A stretch of DNA of 60,295 nt from a virus (taxonomy: Duplodnaviria > Caudoviricetes): positions 1-60,295 of the IMG/VR virus record IMGVR_UViG_3300021961_000002; one strand, given 5' to 3'. The notes beneath the pieces were generated by a model. That model was given only the letters and a program-made list of their open reading frames with translations, did no database searches and was not told the DNA's origin. This document shows, one piece after another, positions 38,842 to 48,662 of this stretch. The translations under genes were made by a program, and so were the position numbers. Position 1 is the stretch's first letter. Every line of letters begins with the position of its first letter.

Positions 38842-39311
38842 AGATGGTTGACATATCAACGATTGGCCCCGCTTCGCGGGGGTATTTTATTGGGCTCGCT
38901 TCGCTCGCATCTTTAGAATTTTTATTGGGCTCGCTTCGCTCGCATTTAGAATATTGGATTCGCTGCGCTCAAAGTTATTTTGCTTGCGATGTTCGCTGCG
39001 CTCACCGCTCGCTTCGTTAATCGTAGAGACCGGCACCTGTATAAAGATCGAGATTTACCTGACCCCCACCGTACCCCTACCCCCAAAAAAGTCAGAAATC
39101 GAGGGTGCCCCCCTTACTTACTATTTTGCACATTAGACCCCCCACCCCCCGAATATTATAACAATGTCAAACCCCCACCCCTCAACCTAGCAAACCCCCC
39201 CGTCATCTTTTTCTGGAGTCCCGTTTCCTTTAGGAGTATGTATTCATTTGCAGGTGCTGCGGTCCCCCCCGGACGCAGCGGGGTAGGGGTGGGTATATTA
39301 TAGGAGACGGT

Positions 39312-39458
39312 ATGGCTGGTAAGGGTGCTAAGGGTAAGGGCCACGAAATCGGTTCGCAGCTAGACGATGCGTTCAACTGGGTAAGTAACGTCAAGCGGGC
39401 TTGGATGTTTATCCTTGGAGCCCTGGCTGTTGGGGTCGTAATCGGCCTTTTTTGCTAG
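39312..39458 (+). CDS. Small membrane protein (48 aa)
   Basis: RBS TAGGAG, MAGKGAKGKG...WMFILGALAVGVVIGLFC; below the ORF-track length cut-off. Confidence 0.5.
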   Translation: MAGKGAKGKGHEIGSQLDDAFNWVSNVKRAWMFILGALAVGVVIGLFC

Positions 39459-39700
39459 GGCTCTTCTTCGTCTACCTCATTATCATGCTTTCCTGGGGGC
39501 TTAATGTAGCGTTCTCCCTGCATGATCTTTGACGTAGTAACCCCTAGTTCGTATAGCCAGTTGTCTAGTTGGGTCCCTGATTTACCCCGGCTGGATATAA
39601 ACACTTCGCAGGGACTCCCCGTGTTAGGGTTGAATCCTACTGTGACTACAAATGGACCTACAGTGAAGTGTTCAGCCGGTCTTCTATTCGGTAGCATCAA
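39455..39700 (-). CDS. Stand-alone TSCPD-like domain (class II RNR C-terminal-like)
   Basis: LPNRR...VTVG.....PCEVFI...KSG...L....S..MQ.G pattern. Confidence 0.55.
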   Translation of the reverse strand: MMLPNRRPAEHFTVGPFVVTVGFNPNTGSPCEVFISSRGKSGTQLDNWLYELGVTTSKIMQGERYIKPPGKHDNEVDEEEP

Positions 39701-40010
39701 CGTCCTCTTTTTGTTTTAACCCTACCAAAATTTTCCTCGCCGCCTGCCCCCCGTCCACGCGCATTTCGATCATCCCCCGCATACTTTCGCTGAAGATTAT
39801 TACGCTGTGTTCTTCGATTATGGCCTTTATGTCTCTTTCAGTCATCGAAGTACGCCCCCCTTACATCTCGCACCTGTTTTTCCAGCCAGGCCCCTGTAAC
39901 AAACCCTAGGACCCCTCCCACACTCAACCCCACAAGCCAGGATACAAATATCAGATCGTTAAGGGTCGCCCCCGTAACTTGCAGTAACCACATCACCATC
40001 TATTTCCCCC

Positions 40011-40511
40011 CTACTTCTTAGGTGCCTTTTCTTCCTTAACCGTAATGACTTTAACTGGCGGACTTGAAAAGGAGTCAAAGTGGCAAGCAATCGCCACAGC
40101 ATCCCGAGCGCTCTTCCCCGCCCTCATTGCGCCGAGCGCAAACTGCTCCCCGCTCCCTATTGCAGCCATACCTTCATCAACCTCGTACACCTGCGCATCC
40201 CACTGACAACTAGCTTCCCCGATTTCCCAGACGTAGATATCGACGTAGAACACGGCTCCGTTCTGAAAAGCCAGAATCCCTCGAAAGTCTACTTCTAGCG
40301 CCGCAAGCTCTTTCCTCGTCGGCAGCTTCTTCACAGTACTTTTATTGAGGAGTTCAAGCACGCAGCGAGCGTCAGCGTCACCTGCGGTTCCAAGTAAAGC
40401 TCCATTTGCGAGGCGATACATTTTCGGAGTGCGGCCTATATAGACGCCCGCATCGTCCGTGCAGCGGGAATCGGAAGCCATAACCCCAGCCTTGTATGCT
40501 ACGGTTGTCAT
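40011..40511 (-). CDS. Ntn-hydrolase (HslV/proteasome beta-like) protein
   Basis: N-terminal (M)TTVAY....MASDSR, K, GTAGD, AIGSG..FALGAM..G.SA..AV..A..FD. Confidence 0.75.
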   Translation of the reverse strand: MTTVAYKAGVMASDSRCTDDAGVYIGRTPKMYRLANGALLGTAGDADARCVLELLNKSTVKKLPTRKELAALEVDFRGILAFQNGAVFYVDIYVWEIGEASCQWDAQVYEVDEGMAAIGSGEQFALGAMRAGKSARDAVAIACHFDSFSSPPVKVITVKEEKAPKK

Positions 40512-40514
40512 ACG

Positions 40515-41564
40515 TTAGACCCCTGCCTTCTTTCTCTTCCAAGTAAGGAACTCCGCACCTTCATCAACGTCAGTTATAACAGTAACCAGCCTTGGATCGT
40601 CGTCACCGAACTGCGGGTCTATAATCGTAACGGCAGTGGGGAAGGCGTTCTGGTCTGCCAGCCCAAGGTCTTCAGCGTAGCGGTCATAAGTTTTGTAACC
40701 GGCGCACCGTATCGCCCAAGACAAGAGTCCGTTGGCGGGGTCTTTGAGAGGACCGGCGACAAATGAAGTGTGCTTGTGGCCGCAAGTGAGGATGTGATCG
40801 CGCCAGCCGCCTTGTGCCGCTTTCATTGGGCCGTGCGCTGGATTCCACATAGAATGCCCCTTGAAATCGTGTCTGGCGTTAATCCTGACCTCTTTCTTAT
40901 TCGGAAACCGCAAAGCAAGGCGAGCGCCGTGATACTGGAAGGCCGTGTTCGCGTTCTTCATAATCCACTTTAGTGGATCGCCCTCTCCTGACCATGCGTC
41001 GTGATTACCACCAACTAAATAAAGCCAATCACAACTCTTCAGCATCCACTCGACTAATTGCCACGCTTGAGCGTGACTAGTGCTTTGTTGCGCCCACAAA
41101 CGAGCTAGACGGCCAACCCAATTGTTTTGCAAATCGCCAAGATTGGCAGCAAAGAACCCCGGTGTCTCCCGGCACACTTGCATGTGGTGTTCGAGAAGCC
41201 CAATGTCGGTTCCATCATCGTCGACGTGCGGATCACCAAAATGAGCAATTCCAATAGGGCCGTCTACTTTTACCTTCACATCTAAAAGTTTTATGCTTTC
41301 CTTGTTCCTAGCTTTCCGCTCAAATTGCTTCTTTCGCCACTCGACAAGTTCCTCAGTCGGCATCTTCTCGTCCGGTGGCTGAGTGACTTCAAATTGCGTT
41401 TCGCCGTGTTTTTCCAATATGCGACGAGCGTTTTTTATTCTTTCGGAAAATGTAGTTCTAGGTATACCAAGCGCATCAGCAGCTTTGGTTATGCTCCGGT
41501 CGTTTGCTGCGTAAATAGCAAGCGTTTCCCTATGCTCGTCCAACGTAAAGCTTTTAGCGGCCAT
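40515..41564 (-). CDS. HTH + calcineurin-like metallophosphoesterase
   Basis: SITKAADALGIPRTTF HTH; GDPHVD, LGD, GNHD, RH, GHKH metal-binding motifs. Confidence 0.8.
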   Translation of the reverse strand: MAAKSFTLDEHRETLAIYAANDRSITKAADALGIPRTTFSERIKNARRILEKHGETQFEVTQPPDEKMPTEELVEWRKKQFERKARNKESIKLLDVKVKVDGPIGIAHFGDPHVDDDGTDIGLLEHHMQVCRETPGFFAANLGDLQNNWVGRLARLWAQQSTSHAQAWQLVEWMLKSCDWLYLVGGNHDAWSGEGDPLKWIMKNANTAFQYHGARLALRFPNKKEVRINARHDFKGHSMWNPAHGPMKAAQGGWRDHILTCGHKHTSFVAGPLKDPANGLLSWAIRCAGYKTYDRYAEDLGLADQNAFPTAVTIIDPQFGDDDPRLVTVITDVDEGAEFLTWKRKKAGV

Positions 41565-41594
41565 GATCTTACCCGTTTAAGTACTTTGCTCACC

Positions 41595-41801
41595 TCATTG
41601 CAGCCAGTTGAAGAACCTTCTCAGTAGATACCCGCGTAGGATAGAGAGGCCCAAGAACATAATGGAGATCAAGGTTGTGTCGGCTACGGATGGGTACAGC
41701 CCGAATAGGGGAAGAGCAAAGTAAGTGAATGTCCACGATATGAATAACCCTACTGTAGACTGGGTTACGGCTTCCAGTAGAGACTGGTGCTTCTTTTGCA
41801 T
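41595..41801 (-). CDS. Small membrane protein
   Basis: QSLLEA....VG.FIS.. and S..RGY..RRFFN with two hydrophobic segments. Confidence 0.6.
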   Translation of the reverse strand: MQKKHQSLLEAVTQSTVGLFISWTFTYFALPLFGLYPSVADTTLISIMFLGLSILRGYLLRRFFNWLQ

Positions 41802-41859
41802 CTTACAGGGTCTGTCTTTTCACTAGGCTTGTCTTTTTTTCAAGCTTTATCTATATGTT

Positions 41860-42492
41860 GTGGCACTGAGGCCCCAAACTGTCTCTTACATGCCAACTGT
41901 TGAGATTACCCCCGACAAAGACCACCCGATACCTTATGATGATCGGGATGAAAAACCTTTACATTATATAGAGGAATTAGCTGCCGCTGCCAATACAGCG
42001 GAGCTTCAGCACGACATGGGGGTTGCGCTTGAGTTGGATGAGCGGGACGCAAACAAACAAAAAGCCCTTATAGATCAAGCCATTAAGAACAAGAAAGCCA
42101 CGGAGCTTACGTCGCCCAATACCGCCTTTGCGGCGGCGGCGTTTCTTAAAGCATACGGGCAGGCTTTAGGGCTGGACGTTGCCGCTGCTAGAGCGGCCAT
42201 AACGAACAAATTGATGGAGATTGCTGACTGCGGCGACCCTAAGTACGAGCTTAAGGCATTGGAATTACTAGGGAAACACAGCGATATCGGGCTGTTCACA
42301 GAGCGCAGTGAGGTAACGATAAACTACAAGAGCCCCGAAGACCTTGAAGAAGCTATCAAAGAGCGGGTCAAGAGGCTGCTCAATGCCAACGTCATTGATG
42401 TCACACCTACTTATTTAGACTTGGACGAAGAGCTTCGCTTCGATGAGGGACCTGCGGTTACGCAGGAGGCAGACGGGGAGGAGGAGGCGTGA
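41860..42492 (+). CDS. Probable terminase small subunit
   Basis: Directly upstream of TerL; ELKALELLGKHSDIGLFTE motif; likely start is ATG 41890. Confidence 0.65.
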   Translation: MALRPQTVSYMPTVEITPDKDHPIPYDDRDEKPLHYIEELAAAANTAELQHDMGVALELDERDANKQKALIDQAIKNKKATELTSPNTAFAAAAFLKAYGQALGLDVAAARAAITNKLMEIADCGDPKYELKALELLGKHSDIGLFTERSEVTINYKSPEDLEEAIKERVKRLLNANVIDVTPTYLDLDEELRFDEGPAVTQEADGEEEA

Positions 42493-44054
42493 CGGTTGTT
42501 GGTTCCGTCAAAAAGGATGCTTCGCTGGGCAAAGACTGGGTAAATTCTGTCTCGCTGAAGGACATCCCCTCTATCCTCCCCCTACTGTCTACCCCCGAAC
42601 AAGAGCAGCTTTTAGCCGAATTGGAGCGGCTGGAGGAGCTAAAGTCCCGAAAACTGTGCCAGGAGCGCTTCATTAAGTTTGTAGATGAGGTCTGGCCCAG
42701 CTTTATCAGTGGTAGGCATCACGAGAAGATGGCCGCTGCCTTTGAGCGGGTGGCTAGCGGGGAGCTAAAACGGCTGATTATCAACATGCCGCCCCGCCAT
42801 ACTAAGTCCGAGTTCGCCTCTTACCTCCTCCCGGCATGGTTTTTAGGCAAATACCCAGCAAAAAAGGTGATTCAGACCTCACATACGGCAGAGCTGGCGG
42901 TCGGATTTGGTAGAAAAGTCAGGAACTTAGTCGATCAAGAGGTCTACAAGCGCATATTTCCAGGGGTAGGGCTGCAAGCGGACTCAAAGGCGGCTGGCCG
43001 GTGGAATACTAACCAGATGGGTGACTATTTCGCTATTGGTGTGGGGGGTGCGGTAACGGGTAAGGGCGCGGATTTGCTCATAATTGACGACCCCCACTCG
43101 GAACAAGAGGCCGCATTGGCCGAAATAAACCCCGATATCTACGATAAGACCTATGAGTGGTACACCTCTGGACCTAGGCAGCGTCTCCAGCCGGGGGGTG
43201 CCATCGTCATAGTTATGACTAGGTGGAGTAAGAGGGACCTAACGGGGCAAGTGCTCAAAGCCGCCGCTCAGCGGGGCGGAGAGGACTGGGAGGTCATTGA
43301 GTTCCCGGCCCTATTTGAGACCGGCAAGCCGTTATGGCCGGAATTTTGGAGTTTAGAGGAGCTTACGGCCCTAAAAGAGGAGCTTCCTAACTCCAAATGG
43401 ATGGCTCAGTACCAGCAGAATCCCACATCCGAGACGAGCGCCATCGTCAAGCGGGAGTGGTGGCAGATATGGGAGAAGGAGCGCCCCCCGTCCTGTGAGT
43501 TTGTCCTCATGTCGTGGGATACGGCGTTTGAAAAGAGTCAGCGGGCTGACTATTCGGCACTAACTACGTGGGGGGTCTTCTATAAGGAGGACGACACGGG
43601 TCTACCGCAGGCCAACATCATTCTCCTTAACGCTTTTAGGGAACGCATGGAGTTTCCCCGCCTGAAACAGGTAGCAGTGGAGCAGTTTAAGGATTGGCAA
43701 CCCGACAGCGTGATCATCGAAAAGAAGGCTTCAGGCGCTCCGCTTATCTATGAGATGCGGGCAATGGGCATCCCTGTGCAGGAGTTCACACCTGTTAAGG
43801 GAAATGATAAGATCACACGGTTAAATGCTGTTTCTGATTTATTTGCTAGTGGTAGGGTATGGGCTCCTGCTACGCACTGGGCTGAAGAAGTCATAAACGA
43901 GGTAGCTGAGTTTCCTGCGGGAGAGCACGACGACTACGTGGACTCAGTGACGTTGGCTTTGAGGCGTTTTAGAACGGGCGGGTATATTGGAACGGAATTA
44001 GACGAACCTGACGAGCCCATGTTCTTTAGGCGGCGTAAAGAAGGCTACTACTAA
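42489..44054 (+). CDS. terL: Terminase large subunit
   Basis: MPPRHTKS Walker A, GADLLIIDDP, MTRW, SWDTA..DYSA, FPAGEHDDYVDS nuclease motif. Confidence 0.95.
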   Translation: MTVVGSVKKDASLGKDWVNSVSLKDIPSILPLLSTPEQEQLLAELERLEELKSRKLCQERFIKFVDEVWPSFISGRHHEKMAAAFERVASGELKRLIINMPPRHTKSEFASYLLPAWFLGKYPAKKVIQTSHTAELAVGFGRKVRNLVDQEVYKRIFPGVGLQADSKAAGRWNTNQMGDYFAIGVGGAVTGKGADLLIIDDPHSEQEAALAEINPDIYDKTYEWYTSGPRQRLQPGGAIVIVMTRWSKRDLTGQVLKAAAQRGGEDWEVIEFPALFETGKPLWPEFWSLEELTALKEELPNSKWMAQYQQNPTSETSAIVKREWWQIWEKERPPSCEFVLMSWDTAFEKSQRADYSALTTWGVFYKEDDTGLPQANIILLNAFRERMEFPRLKQVAVEQFKDWQPDSVIIEKKASGAPLIYEMRAMGIPVQEFTPVKGNDKITRLNAVSDLFASGRVWAPATHWAEEVINEVAEFPAGEHDDYVDSVTLALRRFRTGGYIGTELDEPDEPMFFRRRKEGYY

Positions 44055-44062
44055 AGGGAAAA

Positions 44063-46573
44063 ATGATGGCAATCGACAAGGCTCTTAACCAAGCTCCACT
44101 TGGTATTATTGGCGGCTTAGATATGGGTGATGAACCTGCTATCGAAATTGAGATCGAAGACCCGGAGCGGGTAGGTATCACTATGGGTGATATGGAGATC
44201 GAGATTGAGCCTGATGGTGATTCAGAGTTCTCCAGTAATCTTGCGGAAGACATGGATGAAGACGAGCTAGAGAAGCTCGCTGACGAGTTGTTGGGGGATT
44301 TTGAAGAAGACACAAGTTCCCGTAAGGATTGGATTCAGACCTATGTCGATGGGCTTGAACTCCTTGGCATGAAGATCGAAGAGCGCACCGAGCCATGGCC
44401 GGGGGCTTGCGGGGTGTACCACCCCATTCTTTCGGAAACGCTCGTCAAGTTCCAAGCCGAGACCATGATGGAGACGTTCCCTGCCAGTGGTCCCGTGAAA
44501 ACTGAGATTATTGGTAAAGAGACTCGCGAGACGATTGAGGCAGCAGCCCGTGTCCGCGAGGATATGAACTACCAGCTTACTGAGAAGATGATTGAATATC
44601 GGCCAGAGCATGAGCGGATGCTTTGGGGCCTCGGGCTGGCTGGTAACGCCTTTAAGAAAATTTATTACGACCCCAGCTTGGAGCGGCAGACGGCGCTGTT
44701 TGTTCCGGCAGAGGATGTCGTTGTCCCTTACGGGGCCAGTAATATCGAGACTGCGGAGCGCGTGACGCATGTTATGCGCAAGACTAAGAACGAGCTTCGC
44801 AGGCTACAGGTTGCTGGGTTCTATCGTGATGTAGACCTTGGCGAGCCTGTGGATACTTTTGATGAGGTGGAGAGGACTATTGCGGAGAAGATGGGCTTCA
44901 GAGCTTCATCGGACGACCGCTATAAGCTTCTTGAGATGCACGTATACCTGGACTTGCCTGGGTATGAGGATAAAGATGGAAGGAAGAAGACCGGGATAGC
45001 CCTGCCTTACGTAGTGACGATTGAAAAGAGTACTCAGACAGTACTGGCTATCCGGCGCAACTGGGAGCCGTCAGATGATACCAAGCAGAAACGCAATCAT
45101 TTCGTTCATTATTCGTATATCCCCGGTTTTGGTTTTTATGCTTTTGGCCTTATTCACCTTATCGGGGCTTTTGCCAAATCTGGAACATCTCTTATCCGAC
45201 AACTAGTCGATGCCGGTACGCTCTCTAACCTTCCGGGGGGCTTTAAGACTCGTGGGTTGCGTGTAAAGGGAGACGATACACCGATCTCCCCGGCTGAGTT
45301 CAGGGATGTAGATGTTGCTTCTGGAACCCTTAAGGATAACATTTTACCCCTACCCTACAAGGAACCTTCCCAGGTTCTTTATCAGCTTCTCCAGACGATT
45401 GTAGAAGAAGGGCGTCGTTTTGCGGCGGCTACGGACCTGAAAGTGTCCGACATGTCGTCTCAGTCCCCTGTGGGTACAACGCTAGCTATTCTAGAGCGAA
45501 CGATGAAAGTGATGTCGGCTGTTCAGGCCCGCATCCACTACGCCATGAAGCAGGAGTTTCGGCTCCTCAAGACGATCATTCGGGACTACACGCCTGAAGA
45601 TTATACGTATGAACCGGAGGAAGGTCAGCGTAGCGCCAAGCAGTCGGACTACGATCTGGTGGAAGTCATCCCGGTATCCGACCCCAATGCCGCTACCATG
45701 GCGCAGAAGGTTGTACAGTATCAGGCGGTTCTCCAGCTCGCCCAGACAGCGCCTCAACTTTACGATCTTCCCCTGCTCCATAGGCAGATGTTGGAGGTTC
45801 TTGGGATTCAGAACGCTTCTAAGTTGATCCCACTAGAGGATGACTTGAAGCCCCGTGATCCTGTTTCTGAGAACATGAACATTTTGAATAGTAAACCCGT
45901 CAGAGCGTTTATTTACCAAGATCACCAAGCTCACATCACCGTCCACATGACGGCTATGCAGGACCCGAAAATTGCGCAGTTGGTCGGTCAGAGCCCTCAA
46001 GCCCAGACTATAGCGGCTGCAGCTCAAGCCCACATCGCTGAGCATTTGGCCTTTGAATATCGCAGACAGATTGAAGAGAGCCTTGGCGTCCCGTATCCGG
46101 AACCCGATGCAGAGATTCCGGAAGAGATCGAAGTGCAGCTATCGCGGCTTGCAGCGGCGGGGGCGCAGAAGGTGCTCGCTAAGTCTCAAGCCGAAGCCGC
46201 CCAGCAACAGGCTCAGCAGATGGCCCAGGACCCGCTGGTGCAGATGAAGCAGCAAGAGCTGCAGATAAAAGCCCAGGATGTCCAGACGAAACAGGTCAAA
46301 CTGGCGATAGATTCAGCGGCCAAGGCCGACGAGCTGGAGGTACGGCGCGAGCAAATTGCAGCGCAAGAACGTATTGCGGGTATGCAGGTTGGGGCGAAAA
46401 TCGCTACCGACAAGACGGCTGCGGATGACAAGAAGCAGCTAGAGGGTGTTCGTATGGGGATCGAGATTGCCAAAGAGACCTCCAAACAAGCTGCGAACGA
46501 ACGGGCGGCGCAAAGGCAGATGCAAAGCCAGCAACGTGCCCCGAAAGGCACGCCAACTGAGGGGAATAGATGA
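44063..46573 (+). CDS. Portal protein
   Basis: 836 aa after TerL with a Gln-rich coiled-coil C-terminal barrel, as in P22-like portals. Confidence 0.85.
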   Translation: MMAIDKALNQAPLGIIGGLDMGDEPAIEIEIEDPERVGITMGDMEIEIEPDGDSEFSSNLAEDMDEDELEKLADELLGDFEEDTSSRKDWIQTYVDGLELLGMKIEERTEPWPGACGVYHPILSETLVKFQAETMMETFPASGPVKTEIIGKETRETIEAAARVREDMNYQLTEKMIEYRPEHERMLWGLGLAGNAFKKIYYDPSLERQTALFVPAEDVVVPYGASNIETAERVTHVMRKTKNELRRLQVAGFYRDVDLGEPVDTFDEVERTIAEKMGFRASSDDRYKLLEMHVYLDLPGYEDKDGRKKTGIALPYVVTIEKSTQTVLAIRRNWEPSDDTKQKRNHFVHYSYIPGFGFYAFGLIHLIGAFAKSGTSLIRQLVDAGTLSNLPGGFKTRGLRVKGDDTPISPAEFRDVDVASGTLKDNILPLPYKEPSQVLYQLLQTIVEEGRRFAAATDLKVSDMSSQSPVGTTLAILERTMKVMSAVQARIHYAMKQEFRLLKTIIRDYTPEDYTYEPEEGQRSAKQSDYDLVEVIPVSDPNAATMAQKVVQYQAVLQLAQTAPQLYDLPLLHRQMLEVLGIQNASKLIPLEDDLKPRDPVSENMNILNSKPVRAFIYQDHQAHITVHMTAMQDPKIAQLVGQSPQAQTIAAAAQAHIAEHLAFEYRRQIEESLGVPYPEPDAEIPEEIEVQLSRLAAAGAQKVLAKSQAEAAQQQAQQMAQDPLVQMKQQELQIKAQDVQTKQVKLAIDSAAKADELEVRREQIAAQERIAGMQVGAKIATDKTAADDKKQLEGVRMGIEIAKETSKQAANERAAQRQMQSQQRAPKGTPTEGNR

Positions 46574-46764
46574 GCGATGACTTACTAAAGTACCTATCGG
46601 CCAAACTCAAAGACGAGCAGGACGTAATTACTTCTGACTTGTCTATGGGGAAGGCCAAAGACTTCGGGGAATATAAGTTTGCCTGCGGGATTATGAGGGG
46701 GCTGCTTATAGCTAACAATCTAATAGTAGAAATATCTGAAAGGATGGACACAAGCGATGACTGA
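46570..46764 (+). CDS. Small hypothetical protein
   Basis: Coupled between portal and GroES; DF.EYK..CG..RGL. Confidence 0.65.
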   Translation: MSDDLLKYLSAKLKDEQDVITSDLSMGKAKDFGEYKFACGIMRGLLIANNLIVEISERMDTSDD

Positions 46765-47167
46765 ACTTCTAGTCGGCACAAACCCCGACAATATAGAAGA
46801 TTCCACTGTATTGCCGGAAACGCCTGAGAAAAAGGCTAAGCAACTACCGAACCCTTCAGGGTACCGTATTCTGTGCGGAGTCCCTGACGTAGAGGCCAGG
46901 ACTGAGGGTGGCCTTTTTAAGTCTGACATCACTATGCGTAACGAGGAACTCCTAACGACGGTCCTGTTTGTTATTAAATTAGGGCCGGATTGTTACAAGG
47001 ATTCTAAGAGGTTCCCTTCTGGACCTTGGTGTAAGGAGGGCGACTTCATACTGGTACGTCCGCACGCTGGTAGTCGGGTTAAGATTCACGGTCGCGAATT
47101 TAGGTTCATCAATGACGACTCCGTTGAGGGTGTTGTTGAGGACCCGCGCGGCATTTCCAGAGCCTAA
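46757..47167 (+). CDS. groES: GroES-like co-chaperonin
   Basis: P.GYRIL, TEGGL, V.KLGPD, CKEGD..L, G....I.G.EFR.INDD.V.GVV. Confidence 0.8.
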   Translation: MTELLVGTNPDNIEDSTVLPETPEKKAKQLPNPSGYRILCGVPDVEARTEGGLFKSDITMRNEELLTTVLFVIKLGPDCYKDSKRFPSGPWCKEGDFILVRPHAGSRVKIHGREFRFINDDSVEGVVEDPRGISRA

Positions 47168-48189
47168 TGGAGGCACAAATGGCTGGACAAGCTAAGAAAA
47201 TTGAAGCAGACGACGATTTTTCCGTGGAGTTAGAGGGTGAAGAGGTGGAACGGGGGAATCCCGCTAAGCCTGATGCTGCACCGCAACAAAGAGCTGAACC
47301 GGACATCGAGGTTGAAGACGATACCCCTGAAGCAGATAGGGGGCGGACTCCGCTGCCGAAACACCTGGTTGAAGAGTTAGAGGCGGACGAGCTTGAGGAT
47401 TATAGCGATAAGGTAAAGACGCGCCTCAAGCAGATGAAGAAAGTTTGGCATGATGAGCGCAGGGAAAAAGAACGCGCCATGCGTGAACAGCAAGAGGCTG
47501 TTCAGCTTGCCAAGCAGATGCTGGAAGAGAACAATCGGCTCAAGACTACTCTTTCCGATGGAGAGAAGACTCTAATCCAGTCTTACCATACGGCGGCGCA
47601 ACTGGAGTTTGACGCTGCTAAGAGGGCTTACAAAGAGGCTTACGAGTCGGGTGATTCGGACAAGGTGGTAGACGCCCAGAACAAGCTGGCTAACGCCAAC
47701 TACAGGCTTGCTCAGATACAAGCGTATAGGCCCACTTTACAGACCCCCTCTCTTCCCCCTACAATGCAAACCGTAACACCTCAACGTCCCGTTTTGGACG
47801 CCAAGACTCAAGCGTGGCAAGAGCGCAACACTTGGTGGGGAACGGACGAAGAGATGACAGCGAGTGCTCTTGGTCTGCACCAGAAGTTACTCAAACAGCA
47901 CGGCGACTCGTTCGTTGGTACTGATGAATACTGGCGCGCAGTGGACGAAACAATGCAGCGCCGTTTCCCTGAGTACTTCGGGGAGCAAGAGACTCCGCCC
48001 GTTAGCAACGGCAAAGCTAACGGACGCACAGAGACAAAACCAGCCACAGTAGTAGCTCCAGCGTCTAGGAGTACGTCCTCCAAACGGATCGTGCTCAAGC
48101 AATCGCAGGTTAGTCTTGCGAAAAAGTTAGGTTTAACCCCAGAGCAGTATGCTCGTGAAATGCAGAAGCTGCAGAAGTTGGAGAACTAA
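47167..48189 (+). CDS. Probable scaffolding protein
   Basis: Acidic coiled-coil, W..RN.WWG, C-terminal AKKLGLTPEQYA; located before the capsid genes. Confidence 0.65.
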   Translation: MEAQMAGQAKKIEADDDFSVELEGEEVERGNPAKPDAAPQQRAEPDIEVEDDTPEADRGRTPLPKHLVEELEADELEDYSDKVKTRLKQMKKVWHDERREKERAMREQQEAVQLAKQMLEENNRLKTTLSDGEKTLIQSYHTAAQLEFDAAKRAYKEAYESGDSDKVVDAQNKLANANYRLAQIQAYRPTLQTPSLPPTMQTVTPQRPVLDAKTQAWQERNTWWGTDEEMTASALGLHQKLLKQHGDSFVGTDEYWRAVDETMQRRFPEYFGEQETPPVSNGKANGRTETKPATVVAPASRSTSSKRIVLKQSQVSLAKKLGLTPEQYAREMQKLQKLEN

Positions 48190-48190
48190 A

Positions 48191-48646
48191 ATGGCTGAAT
48201 CGAGACTTGCACGCGAACTTGAGAATAGAACCGAAAACGAAAGGCCGAAGAGCTGGCAACCGCCGTCTCTTTTGCCCGAGCCGGATAAACAGCCTGGATA
48301 CGCATATAGGTGGGTCCGCACCGAATTGCTGTCCTCGCCAGACCCTCGGAATGTATCTGCGAAGATGCGTGAAGGGTGGGAGCCGGTGCGGTTAGAGGAA
48401 CAGCCCAAGTTCAAGTATTACATGTCACCGAAGAATGATGGCCCGTTCAAGGACAACATTGAGGTGGCTGGGTTGTTGCTTTGCAAGATTCCTGAAGAGT
48501 TCATTCAGCAGCGTAAAGAATGGTACGCCAAGAAGAACAGCGATCAGATGGAATCTGTGGACAGCAACTTTATGAGAGAGAACGATAGCAGGATGCCGCT
48601 CTTTCGGGAGAAGCGTTCTACTACGTCGTTTGGTAAAGGCAAATAA
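48191..48646 (+). CDS. Head-associated hypothetical protein
   Basis: W.PPS.LP.P...GYAYRWVR..REGWEPV..GLLLCKIP; start reassigned to ATG 48191. Confidence 0.65.
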   Translation: MAESRLARELENRTENERPKSWQPPSLLPEPDKQPGYAYRWVRTELLSSPDPRNVSAKMREGWEPVRLEEQPKFKYYMSPKNDGPFKDNIEVAGLLLCKIPEEFIQQRKEWYAKKNSDQMESVDSNFMRENDSRMPLFREKRSTTSFGKGK

Positions 48647-48662
48647 CTTTTAGGAGCTAAAC

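Noticed and set aside
38847-38860. GTTGACATATCAAC as an FNR/FixK box
   Set aside because: Spacing is two bp shorter than TTGAT-N4-ATCAA.
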